Positions 41,957-50,341 of a stretch of 64,000 bases of DNA are shown here, in pieces. The DNA is from a bacterium. Lineage in GTDB: Bacteria; Krumholzibacteriota; Krumholzibacteriia; G020349025. The stretch is taken from NCBI GenBank assembly GCA_031362565.1, contig JANLSU010000106.1, forward strand, positions 1-64,000, read 5' to 3'. Numbering within the stretch: position 1 is the stretch's first letter; each line of letters begins with the position of its first letter. The translations under genes were made by a program, and so were the position numbers. Under the pieces are notes generated by a model that was given only the letters and a program-made list of their open reading frames with translations, searched no databases and was not told the DNA's origin.

Positions 41957-42898
41957 TCAGCCGATCTCGAGTACGCCGAGGCGGGCGGCCGCCACGGCGT
42001 CCAAATCGGCAAAGGAGTCGCGGATCGTGCCCACCGGACGCGCGACAACGCGCACGCCGTCGAGGTCGAGGTCGGCGGGACGGTGCAAGTGGCCGGTAAT
42101 GACGGCGCGGAGGCGTGGTTCGAGCCGCAGCCGTGCCCCGATTGCGGCGCTTCCGAGGTAGGCGTCGTGAAATGCGACGTTGCCGAAGGCCCGGCGTTGC
42201 ACGAGCGCGGCGAACGGCAGCACGTGGACGATGGCGACGACGTGCTCGGAGGCCGCCGTGGCGCGCAACTGCGAATCGAGAAACCCGCCCATGTCCGCGT
42301 CGATTTCGGCGTCGGTCGCCCAGGCGCCGAGGGCGCTGCACGGTTGCGCGCCCGGCGGCGGCGCGCCGGGGGGCGCACCGGTCGGCGACGGTCGCGGCCA
42401 AAACACGTGCCCCCGGTCGAACGCCCGCACCCCGCGCCACTGGCCGGCGGTGTACTGCAAAGTCGTGACACAGACATCGAGCGCCGGATCGCGGAAGCCA
42501 TAGTCGAACCAGCCGGTCACACTCACGAATGCGACGTTCTCGACGGTGACGGCGTGCACGCCGAGCGCTTTGAATCCCGCTGCTTGGGCCGCGGCCGGCA
42601 GGTCGCGTTCATATTTGTCGCGGCTCGTTGGTGCCGACTCCGGCGGACCCTCGACAAAGAGATCGTGATTGCCGGGGAGGTAGAGCCTCACTCCCGGCAC
42701 GGCGCGAAAGACCTCGAGACTTTGCCGCACCGCCGTCGTTGACTCCGCGAGGTCGCCGGCGATCACGAAGACGTCGGGCCGCAGCGCCACCGCACGGCGT
42801 GCGAGGTACGGCAAGAGCGCGGCGTTTTGGGGTGTCGCATCCGAGTGCAAGTCAGACGTGTAGACAATACGCACCGGCTTGCCCTTCGCGCCGCTCAC
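41957..42898 (-). CDS. metallophosphoesterase
   Basis: SDLH, AGD, PGNHD, H.LP, GHLH. Confidence 0.85.
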   Translation of the reverse strand: MSGAKGKPVRIVYTSDLHSDATPQNAALLPYLARRAVALRPDVFVIAGDLAESTTAVRQSLEVFRAVPGVRLYLPGNHDLFVEGPPESAPTSRDKYERDLPAAAQAAGFKALGVHAVTVENVAFVSVTGWFDYGFRDPALDVCVTTLQYTAGQWRGVRAFDRGHVFWPRPSPTGAPPGAPPPGAQPCSALGAWATDAEIDADMGGFLDSQLRATAASEHVVAIVHVLPFAALVQRRAFGNVAFHDAYLGSAAIGARLRLEPRLRAVITGHLHRPADLDLDGVRVVARPVGTIRDSFADLDAVAAARLGVLEIG

Positions 42899-44580
42899 GC
42901 ACCACCGAGCGCGGCTCGGACCGCCGCGCTGACACTTGCCGCAGCGCCTTCGGCCGCCGCGAAGGCGCGCGCCGCGCTGGCGCGTGTTTCGGTGACGTAC
43001 GCCGCGTCCGCTGCGCCGTCGAGATCCGCGAGATTCACCAGCACGTTGTAATACGCGCCCTCGGCCGCGGTCCGCGCGCAGGCCGCTGCGACCCCGGCAT
43101 CGGAGCGCGTCGCCGCGAGCCCGATGCGCTCCGCGTCGCGGGCGAGCGTCGCGGCGCGCGCCGCGCGTTGTACGACACCGAGCGGCACCTCGATCGCCAG
43201 CCGCGTCGCGCTCTGCATCGCCACATCACGAGCGGTGCGCTCGGCATCGTTCGTGCGTGGCAAGCGGCGCGCGGCGAGCACCGCATCGAACGCCCGTGCG
43301 TCGGCATCCACGGCTTCCAGGAGCTCATCCTTGACGGCCTGCGCCTCGGTCCCAATGGCCTCGCTCGCCGCGACCACCTTGGCGTCCGAGCGCGGCGCCA
43401 ACCCTGCGACCATTCCGGCCAGGGCGGCCGCCAGCGCGCCGCAAAGTGCCGCCGTGCTCCCACCGCCCGGCACCGGGCTCTCGGTGGAGAGCAGATCCGC
43501 GAACCCAACCAGCGACAGGCGGCGCAACCGCCACGCCGCTGCATCGCGCACCCGATACTCCACGACGCGCTCTTCGGGCACGAACGGCTTGAGTTCATCG
43601 AGACCGAGGGATCGCACCGCGATGTGCACCAGCTCGCTCTCCGGCACCGCCGCCGTGTGCCCTTGCTTGCGCAAAAAGTGCTGTCCAGCCGCCCGCAACA
43701 CGGCCCGCGGTACCAGCCCGACGATTTCACTGCCGGTCACCCGCAAGCCGCGCTTTTCGGCTTCGGCGCAGGTCGCGTCGAACACCGCATGCAGCGGCGT
43801 GACGTTCAAATTCGTCAAGTTGATGGAGATTTGCGCCCGGCCATATTCGTCGATGTACCAGCCCACGGCCTTGACGTGCGTAAAACGTCCCGCCCGCATC
43901 CGTGTCTTGCCGTCCGCGTCGCGCACGATGGCGCCGTCCGCGCCGCGCTCGGCGCGCCCCGCCTCGCGAAGTTCGAGTGCGATCTCGTGTGCCAGCTTCT
44001 TGTCGCGCGTGTTGAGATTGATGTTGTACGCCACCAGAAACTCACGCGCACCGATCACCGTCGCACCGCGCCCGGCATCGAATCGCGCCGGTCCAAAGTC
44101 CGGCTGCCAGAGCGGATCGCGCAGCTTCGCCTCGAGGCCCTCGTATTCGCCGGCGCGGATCGTCGCCAAGTTGCGCCGCTCCGGGCGCGTTGCCGCCGCC
44201 TCGTAGAGATAGACCGGAATTCCGAGTTCATCGCCGACGCGTTGGCCGACCTGCCACGCGAGCGCCACGCAGTCTTCCATGGTCATGCCGTCCAGCGGCA
44301 CGAACGGCACGACATCCGCCGCGCCGATCCGTGCATGCTCGCCGCGGTGCTGGCGCATGTCGATCCGTTCGCCGGCGGTCGCGATGGCGCGAAACGCCGC
44401 TTCAGCCACCGCGTCCGGCTCGCCCACGAAAGTGAACACGGTGCGATTCGTGGCCGCGCCGGGATCGACGTCGAGCAAACGCACCCCATCCACGGACTCG
44501 ACGGCGCGCGACAAAGCGTCCAGCACCGAACGGTCACGGCCTTCGCTGAAGTTGGGAACGCACTCCACTAGTCGGCTCAC
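42895..44580 (-). CDS. ftcD: bifunctional glutamate formimidoyltransferase / formiminotetrahydrofolate cyclodeaminase
   Basis: ECVPNFSEGR, NRTV, HARIGAADVVPF, GAREFL; C-terminal PGGGS cyclodeaminase domain. Confidence 0.92.
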   Translation of the reverse strand: MSRLVECVPNFSEGRDRSVLDALSRAVESVDGVRLLDVDPGAATNRTVFTFVGEPDAVAEAAFRAIATAGERIDMRQHRGEHARIGAADVVPFVPLDGMTMEDCVALAWQVGQRVGDELGIPVYLYEAAATRPERRNLATIRAGEYEGLEAKLRDPLWQPDFGPARFDAGRGATVIGAREFLVAYNINLNTRDKKLAHEIALELREAGRAERGADGAIVRDADGKTRMRAGRFTHVKAVGWYIDEYGRAQISINLTNLNVTPLHAVFDATCAEAEKRGLRVTGSEIVGLVPRAVLRAAGQHFLRKQGHTAAVPESELVHIAVRSLGLDELKPFVPEERVVEYRVRDAAAWRLRRLSLVGFADLLSTESPVPGGGSTAALCGALAAALAGMVAGLAPRSDAKVVAASEAIGTEAQAVKDELLEAVDADARAFDAVLAARRLPRTNDAERTARDVAMQSATRLAIEVPLGVVQRAARAATLARDAERIGLAATRSDAGVAAACARTAAEGAYYNVLVNLADLDGAADAAYVTETRASAARAFAAAEGAAASVSAAVRAALGGA

Positions 44581-45095
44581 GAATCGGCCTCCTCGATCTT
44601 GTCCACCCAACCGTCGGGCGTTTCGTCTTGGCGACGGATGCCGAGCGCGGCGTGGGAATGAAACGCCAACACGTCCCAACTCGTTTCGTCGGCAAGCGTG
44701 TCGAATGGGGTGCCGGCTTCGACGACCACCCAGCGTTCACCTTCGGCGCCGTGATCCGCAGCCGGCGGCACGAGCGTCACGCTGCGGCGCGCGCCGTCGC
44801 CACGCAAGAGAACCAGCCCGGTGCCGCGCCAGGCGACGAGAACGACGGTACTCTCGGGATGGCGCCGCACGCCGCCGCGCCGCAGACCGCGGTGCGACAC
44901 GAGCCAGAGCGAACGAATCCGCGTTCCGGCAACCTCCACATTCAATTGATCCTGCACGAGGGCGCGGCGGGCGCCGAGGCGCATCTCCTGGCGAAAAGCG
45001 GCGCGATGCAGCCGTTGCGCCGAGTCGATGCGGGCATGCAATTCGGGTTCGGCGACCAGCGATTGCAACGCGTTGACGACATCCATGAGCGCCAT
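44577..45095 (-). CDS. hypothetical protein, possibly cupin-like
   Basis: 3' part of the 44577..45839 ORF; AGAAGG-rich gap after the hydrolase stop, GTGA overlap with ftcD; RHP.ST and WVVVEAGTPF beta-rich segments. Confidence 0.6.
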   Translation of the reverse strand: MALMDVVNALQSLVAEPELHARIDSAQRLHRAAFRQEMRLGARRALVQDQLNVEVAGTRIRSLWLVSHRGLRRGGVRRHPESTVVLVAWRGTGLVLLRGDGARRSVTLVPPAADHGAEGERWVVVEAGTPFDTLADETSWDVLAFHSHAALGIRRQDETPDGWVDKIEEADS

Positions 45096-45127
45096 CTTAG
45101 AGAAGGCGCCTCCAGGGTCACAAGGCA

Positions 45128-45781
45128 TCAGGCGCGGGAGGCGTCCGAGGCATCGAGAACGCGCCCCGCAAACCGGCTGACGGCGGTTTCGAGTGGCTGG
45201 AGATGGGTCGTGAGCAAGTGTTCGGCGCCCCGCAGCATGACCAGCTCCGCGGCCGCAGGGTGCGCGGCGACAAAGGCGCCGAGCGCCGTCTCGGGAGCGA
45301 ACGCATCGCGGTCGCCGGCGACGCATAGGATCGGCCGGTCGCCGCGGACAAAACCAAAATCGTAGAGCGCGACCGGCGGACCGAGCGCCAGCAATCCCGC
45401 CACGTCGGCGCGTTCCTGGGCGGCGGCGATTGCGACCCACGAACCAAACGAGAAGCCACCGGCCAGCAGCGGCGCGCCCGGATAGCGGTTGGCAAGCCAG
45501 TCGAGCGCGGCGCGGGCGTCGGCACGCTCGCCCGGACCCGCCGTGTAGTGGCCGGCGCTCGCACCGACACCGCGAAACTGAAACCGCAGCACCGGCACTC
45601 CAGCAAGAGCGAGGCCGCGCGCCGCGTGGTACACGGCCTTCGTGTGCATGGTGCCGCCATGCCGCGGGTGCGGATGGCAGACGAGCGCCGCACTGCGTCG
45701 CGCCCGCTCCGGCAACATGAGTTGCGCTTCGAGCCGGCCGGCGGGGCCGGTCAAGACGACGGGTTCGATGCGTCGGGTCAT
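45128..45781 (-). CDS. alpha/beta hydrolase
   Basis: HPHPRHGGTM, RFQFRGVG.S.G, GFSFG nucleophile elbow, GDRD, H near C-terminus. Confidence 0.9.
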   Translation of the reverse strand: MTRRIEPVVLTGPAGRLEAQLMLPERARRSAALVCHPHPRHGGTMHTKAVYHAARGLALAGVPVLRFQFRGVGASAGHYTAGPGERADARAALDWLANRYPGAPLLAGGFSFGSWVAIAAAQERADVAGLLALGPPVALYDFGFVRGDRPILCVAGDRDAFAPETALGAFVAAHPAAAELVMLRGAEHLLTTHLQPLETAVSRFAGRVLDASDASRA

Positions 45782-45837
45782 GGGCGCAAGCGCCTCCCGC
45801 GCGTCCGGAGCGTGCTATCGTGCCCAGCGGAGGTCGC

Positions 45838-46920
45838 ATGCCGCAACCATCGGCCGACGCCAGTGCAGAGGAACGCCATCGCGCCCGCGCTTATTGCAGC
45901 GCCGTTTTGCCGCGTGTTTCGCGCACTTTTGCGCTCAACATCCGCCTCTTGCCGGGCGACCTCGGCGCGGCCGTATGCTGTGCGTATCTATTCTGCCGCA
46001 TCGCCGACACGCTGGAAGACTCGCCGCACTTCACGGCCCAAGAGCGTATCGCACTGCTGGCAGACTACCGCACCCTCTTCCCGCTCGGGGAGGGGTGGCA
46101 GGCGCGCGCCGGCGCGTGGGCCGCACCGCTCGCCCGGCTCGCCGCCCACGGATCCGATCACGAACTCTGCGCCCGGGCGCCGGACGTGTTCGTGGCGTTC
46201 GCCGGCCTGCCGGTCGAATTGCGCCGCCCCGTCGAGGATTGCATCCGCGAAATGACGGCGGGGATGCGCGCCTTCGCCGAACGCCGCGCGGCTTCGCCGG
46301 ACGGGCGATTGCAGGTCGAAACGCTCGCTGAACTCGAGCTCTACTGCCACTATGTCGCCGGCACGGTGGGGCAAATGCTCTGCCGGCTCTTCGTCGTCTC
46401 GATGCCGGGCCTCGACGCCGGACGGCGCGAGCCCATGGCGCGCCTGGCCGAGCGCTTCGGACTCGCCATGCAACTCACCAATATCGTCAAGGACGTGGCG
46501 GAGGATGCAACCCGCGGCGCCATTTTCGTGCCGCGCAGCGTCGCGGCGCACCACCGGCTCGACCCCGGGCAACTCTTCGACCCCGAGCATCGGCCGGCGG
46601 CCCGGGCGACGCTCGGGGAACTGGTGGCCATCGCTCTCGGCGCCCTCGATGCGGCGCTGGCGTTCACGCTTCTCATCCCCCGCCGGGCCCCGCGGCTGCG
46701 GCTCTTCTGCCTCTGGCCGATCTTCTTGGCGGCCCGCACCCTGGACCGGGTGTTGCGCGACGAGCGGGTGCTCGAACCTGGGGCGCGGGTGCGGATCATG
46801 CGCGCCGAGGTGCGCCGTTGCCTCGCATCGACCACCATGGTGGTCTGGTCGGACGGCGGCATTCGCTGGCTGTACGGGCGCAACCGGCCCCGTCTGGACG
46901 CCTCCGGCCCCGCCCTTTGA
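45838..46920 (+). CDS. squalene/phytoene synthase family protein (squalene synthase-like)
   Basis: VSRTFA, YLFCRIADTLED, YCHYVAGTVG, QLTNIVKD.AED, RLFCLWP. Confidence 0.88.
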   Translation: MPQPSADASAEERHRARAYCSAVLPRVSRTFALNIRLLPGDLGAAVCCAYLFCRIADTLEDSPHFTAQERIALLADYRTLFPLGEGWQARAGAWAAPLARLAAHGSDHELCARAPDVFVAFAGLPVELRRPVEDCIREMTAGMRAFAERRAASPDGRLQVETLAELELYCHYVAGTVGQMLCRLFVVSMPGLDAGRREPMARLAERFGLAMQLTNIVKDVAEDATRGAIFVPRSVAAHHRLDPGQLFDPEHRPAARATLGELVAIALGALDAALAFTLLIPRRAPRLRLFCLWPIFLAARTLDRVLRDERVLEPGARVRIMRAEVRRCLASTTMVVWSDGGIRWLYGRNRPRLDASGPAL

Positions 46921-47321
46921 CCCGCAGCGCGCTCCGGCACAGACCATGCGACCTCTTAAGGCGAAACGCGGCCGGGGCCAGGTTCGTTGGGTCTCGCCGT
47001 CCACGCCGTCGGGCTCGGCATTTCAATTGCGCCTCGGGTCTATAAGCTACTTCCGATAAACAGGTTATGTTATTGAAGTGGGGCGAGAGTCCAGGCTCCA
47101 AAAATCCCGAGTCGAAAAGGGCAGTAGCGTTCGGCGGTCGAAAACGGCATCTTTAGGCGGGCGGAAAGCCGGAACATTCGGCCGCCCGCGCGGCAACGGT
47201 CGCGGCGCCACCTTGGCGCGCGCCGGGTCGCGGTTCGAATTTCTCGAATTCACCCGCAGCGTCCGCAGGATTGCCGCCCGGCTCGGAATCCCAAGGCCGC
47301 CAAGGGCTCGGAAGGCAGTGA

Positions 47322-49373
47322 ATGAAAGACGTGCTCGTGCAACCACCGCGCGCTCCGGAGGCGTCCATCTCGATGCGTTCACAGATCGCTCCGGAAGTCC
47401 TGCGTAGCCTCTACGAGAAGATGCTCTATGTCTTCTATGTCGAGGAACGCACCAAGGTCTTTGTGAAGTCCAACAAGTGCTCGTTCCATGCATCGAGCCG
47501 CGGACACGAAAAATTGCAGATCTGCATGGCCATGCTTCTCGACGCGGGGAAGGACTGGTTCTTCCCGTACTACCGCGAAAAAGCTCTGATGGTAGGCCTC
47601 GGCATGCCGCTCAAGGATGTCTTCCTGGGGATGTTGTCGCGGGAAGGCGATCCGAATTCGAACGGCCGCAACATGTCGGAACATTTCTCGTCGAAGCCGC
47701 TCCGGGTCGTGTCGCCGACCGCATGTACCGGCACTCAGTACCTGCAGGCGGTCGGCATGGCCAAGGCCGTGGTGACCAGCGGGCGCGACGAAGTCGTCTA
47801 TGTCTCGAGCGGCGAGGGTGCAACGAGCGAAGGCGAATTCTTCGAGGCGCTCAATTGGGCGAGCCGCGAGCGTTTGCCGGTCGTGTTCGTGGTCCAGAAC
47901 AACGGCTACGCCATCAGCGTGCCGCAGTCGACGCAAACCGGTGCGCAACTGGGCGACATCGCCCGCGGCCTGCGCATCCGTTCGCTGGAAGTCGACGGCA
48001 CGCGCTTCAGCGAGATGTACACGAAGCTGAAGCCGCTCGTCAAAGAGATGCGCCGCAACCGCGCGCCGCTTTTCGTCGAGGGCCACGTCGTGCGGTTGGA
48101 TTCGCACTCGTCGTCGGATGACCAGCTCAAGTACCGTTCGCAGGACGAACTCGAGAGCGTGCGGCGTCGCGATCCGCTGACCCACACCGAAATGCAGCTG
48201 CTCGAGATGGGGCTGATCACCGAAGCCCAGAAACAGTCGATGCACGAGCGCATTCGTGCCGAGGTCGATGCGGCGGCCGAAGCTGCCGACCAGCATCCGT
48301 TCCCGGACCCCTCGAAGGTCATGGAGCACATCTACAGCGACTACCAGCCGGTCATCGAAGAGCGCGAGCCGCGCACCATTACCGACGCACCGATCACCAT
48401 GGTCGACGCCATCAACCATGGCCTGCGCGAAGAGATGGAGCGCGACGGCAAGATCGTCATGTGGGGCGAGGACATTGCCGATCCGAAGGGCGGCGTGTTC
48501 GGCGTCACCCGTGGATTGACGGACGCGTTTCCGGATCGCGTTTCCAATGCGCCGCTTGCCGAGGCCAGCATCATCGGCGTCGCGCATGGGATGGCGATCG
48601 CCGGCTACCGGCCGGTCGTCGAGATTCAATTCGGCGACTACTCGTTCCCGGCCTTCATGCAGATGCGCAATGAAATCCCGACGCTGCGGTGGCGTAGCGC
48701 CAACACCTGGACATCGCCCATGGTGGTGCGCATCGCGGTCGGTGGGTACATCAAGGGTGGGCCGTTCCACTCGCAGTGCATCGAGGCGCTCTACGCGCAA
48801 ACGCCCGGCTGGCTCATTGCCTACCCGAGCAACGCCCAGGATGCGAAAGGCCTCATCAAGACGGCCTGCCGCATGGACGATCCGGTGCTTTTCCTGGAAC
48901 ACAAGGGCCTCTACCGCCAGGTGTTCACCAAGGGCCTCGAGACCGACAGCGATTACCTGGTGCCGTTCGGACGTGCCCGCGTCGTGCAATCGGGGACCGA
49001 TGTCACGGTGGTGACCTACGGCAGCGGTGTGCATCGCGCCGTGACGGCCGCGAAGCATCTGCAGGAATCGCGTGGTGCGTCGATCGAGATCCTCGATTTG
49101 CGGACCCTGGTGCCGCTCGACATCGAATCGGTTATCGAGAGCGTCAAGCGCACGTCCAAGGTGCTGGTACTGCACGAAGCGCCGCTCTTCGGCGGCCTGG
49201 GCGGCGAGATTGCCGCGACGATCGCCGACGAGGCCTTCGAATACCTGGATGCGCCGGTCAAGCGCATCGGTGCGCTGGATACGTTCGTACCGTTTGCCGG
49301 GAACCTCGAAGCGGCCGTGCTACCGCAGGTCGAGGACGTGCAGGCGTCGCTCGCGGAACTGCTGGACTACTGA
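47322..49373 (+). CDS. fused alpha/beta E1 of 2-oxoacid (probably branched-chain) dehydrogenase
   Basis: PYYR, GEGATSEG..NN TPP motif, HSSSDD, GEDI..GGVFGVT, EIQFGDY, HSQ. Confidence 0.92.
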   Translation: MKDVLVQPPRAPEASISMRSQIAPEVLRSLYEKMLYVFYVEERTKVFVKSNKCSFHASSRGHEKLQICMAMLLDAGKDWFFPYYREKALMVGLGMPLKDVFLGMLSREGDPNSNGRNMSEHFSSKPLRVVSPTACTGTQYLQAVGMAKAVVTSGRDEVVYVSSGEGATSEGEFFEALNWASRERLPVVFVVQNNGYAISVPQSTQTGAQLGDIARGLRIRSLEVDGTRFSEMYTKLKPLVKEMRRNRAPLFVEGHVVRLDSHSSSDDQLKYRSQDELESVRRRDPLTHTEMQLLEMGLITEAQKQSMHERIRAEVDAAAEAADQHPFPDPSKVMEHIYSDYQPVIEEREPRTITDAPITMVDAINHGLREEMERDGKIVMWGEDIADPKGGVFGVTRGLTDAFPDRVSNAPLAEASIIGVAHGMAIAGYRPVVEIQFGDYSFPAFMQMRNEIPTLRWRSANTWTSPMVVRIAVGGYIKGGPFHSQCIEALYAQTPGWLIAYPSNAQDAKGLIKTACRMDDPVLFLEHKGLYRQVFTKGLETDSDYLVPFGRARVVQSGTDVTVVTYGSGVHRAVTAAKHLQESRGASIEILDLRTLVPLDIESVIESVKRTSKVLVLHEAPLFGGLGGEIAATIADEAFEYLDAPVKRIGALDTFVPFAGNLEAAVLPQVEDVQASLAELLDY

Positions 49374-50290
49374 TTCGACGGCCTTTCGGCCACCGCGCCG
49401 CGCCGGTCGCGATTCTGCGACGGCGCGGCGTTTCGTTGCCGCGCGTAAGCCACGAGGTGCCCGCCCCACAGCCCGCGGCCATACACTTCATTCAGGACGC
49501 GGTCCGCCAGAGACTTGTGACCCCACTGCTTGGCCGGCGCGAGGATGCGAATGACTTCCAATCCAGCCCCCGCCAGGGTGCGCCGGAGAGTGGCCGGGGT
49601 GAAGAACCAAAAATGGTGGTCCACGGAGTAGTGCTTCCAGGGACTCTGCTTCAGGTGATAGCGGCTCTGAAGATTCTTGGCCCGCGAGGAGAGGCCCGCG
49701 AGGTTCGGAACTTCGATCCGCAGGACTCCGGAAGGACTCAGCAGGCGAGCCGCACTCTCGAGCGTGGTCTTTGGATTCTTCACATGTTCGAGGACATGGT
49801 TCATGACGATCGCGTCGTACGACTGCCCCTGAAGCTTCAGCTGTTCCAATTCGCCGTGATGAATCACGAGATTGAGCCGTTCGCGAACCCGTTCGACCAT
49901 CGCGGATGAGATCTCCGTCCCTTCCGCGGTCCAGCCCCGGCGGCGCGCGACAACCAGCAACGTGCCCTCACCGGCGCCGATGTCGAGGAGACGGCCGGGG
50001 CGGCCGACGGCCTGTTCCAACTCGGTGAGCAACTCGCCAAAAACCGCTTCCCGCTGCTTGCCTTGCTCGATCGCGCGCTCAAAATACGCCTCCGAGTAGA
50101 TTTGCTCGCCCTCGGTCGCGAGCTCCGGATAACGTTGCGCGTACTGCAACTGGCAGGAGTCGCAGCGCACGACAGCGTTGCCGGGACCGATCAGGAACAT
50201 GCGGTGCGCGGCAGCCCGCGGGCAGTTCGGGCAAACTTGCCCCCCCACCGCCACGGGCGCGAGCCTCGCTGCCGGAGTTTGGCGCCGCAT
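49367..50290 (-). CDS. class I SAM-dependent methyltransferase
   Basis: N-terminal CxxC..CxxC, LLDIGAGEG, HVLEH, EVPN. Confidence 0.85.
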   Translation of the reverse strand: MRRQTPAARLAPVAVGGQVCPNCPRAAAHRMFLIGPGNAVVRCDSCQLQYAQRYPELATEGEQIYSEAYFERAIEQGKQREAVFGELLTELEQAVGRPGRLLDIGAGEGTLLVVARRRGWTAEGTEISSAMVERVRERLNLVIHHGELEQLKLQGQSYDAIVMNHVLEHVKNPKTTLESAARLLSPSGVLRIEVPNLAGLSSRAKNLQSRYHLKQSPWKHYSVDHHFWFFTPATLRRTLAGAGLEVIRILAPAKQWGHKSLADRVLNEVYGRGLWGGHLVAYARQRNAAPSQNRDRRGAVAERPSNQ

Positions 50291-50341
50291 CGAACCCTCC
50301 TCGGAATGGACCGCGTCTTGGACGTCGGAAACAGAACCCGT

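Noticed and set aside
47150..47320. Hairpins in the leader of the E1 gene as a riboswitch
   Set aside because: Short GC stems only; no TPP (CTGAGA) or other recognisable aptamer motif and no terminator
47322..49373. Alpha/beta E1 fusion and fused FTCD as novelties
   Set aside because: Both fusions are well known in Bacteroidota and related lineages
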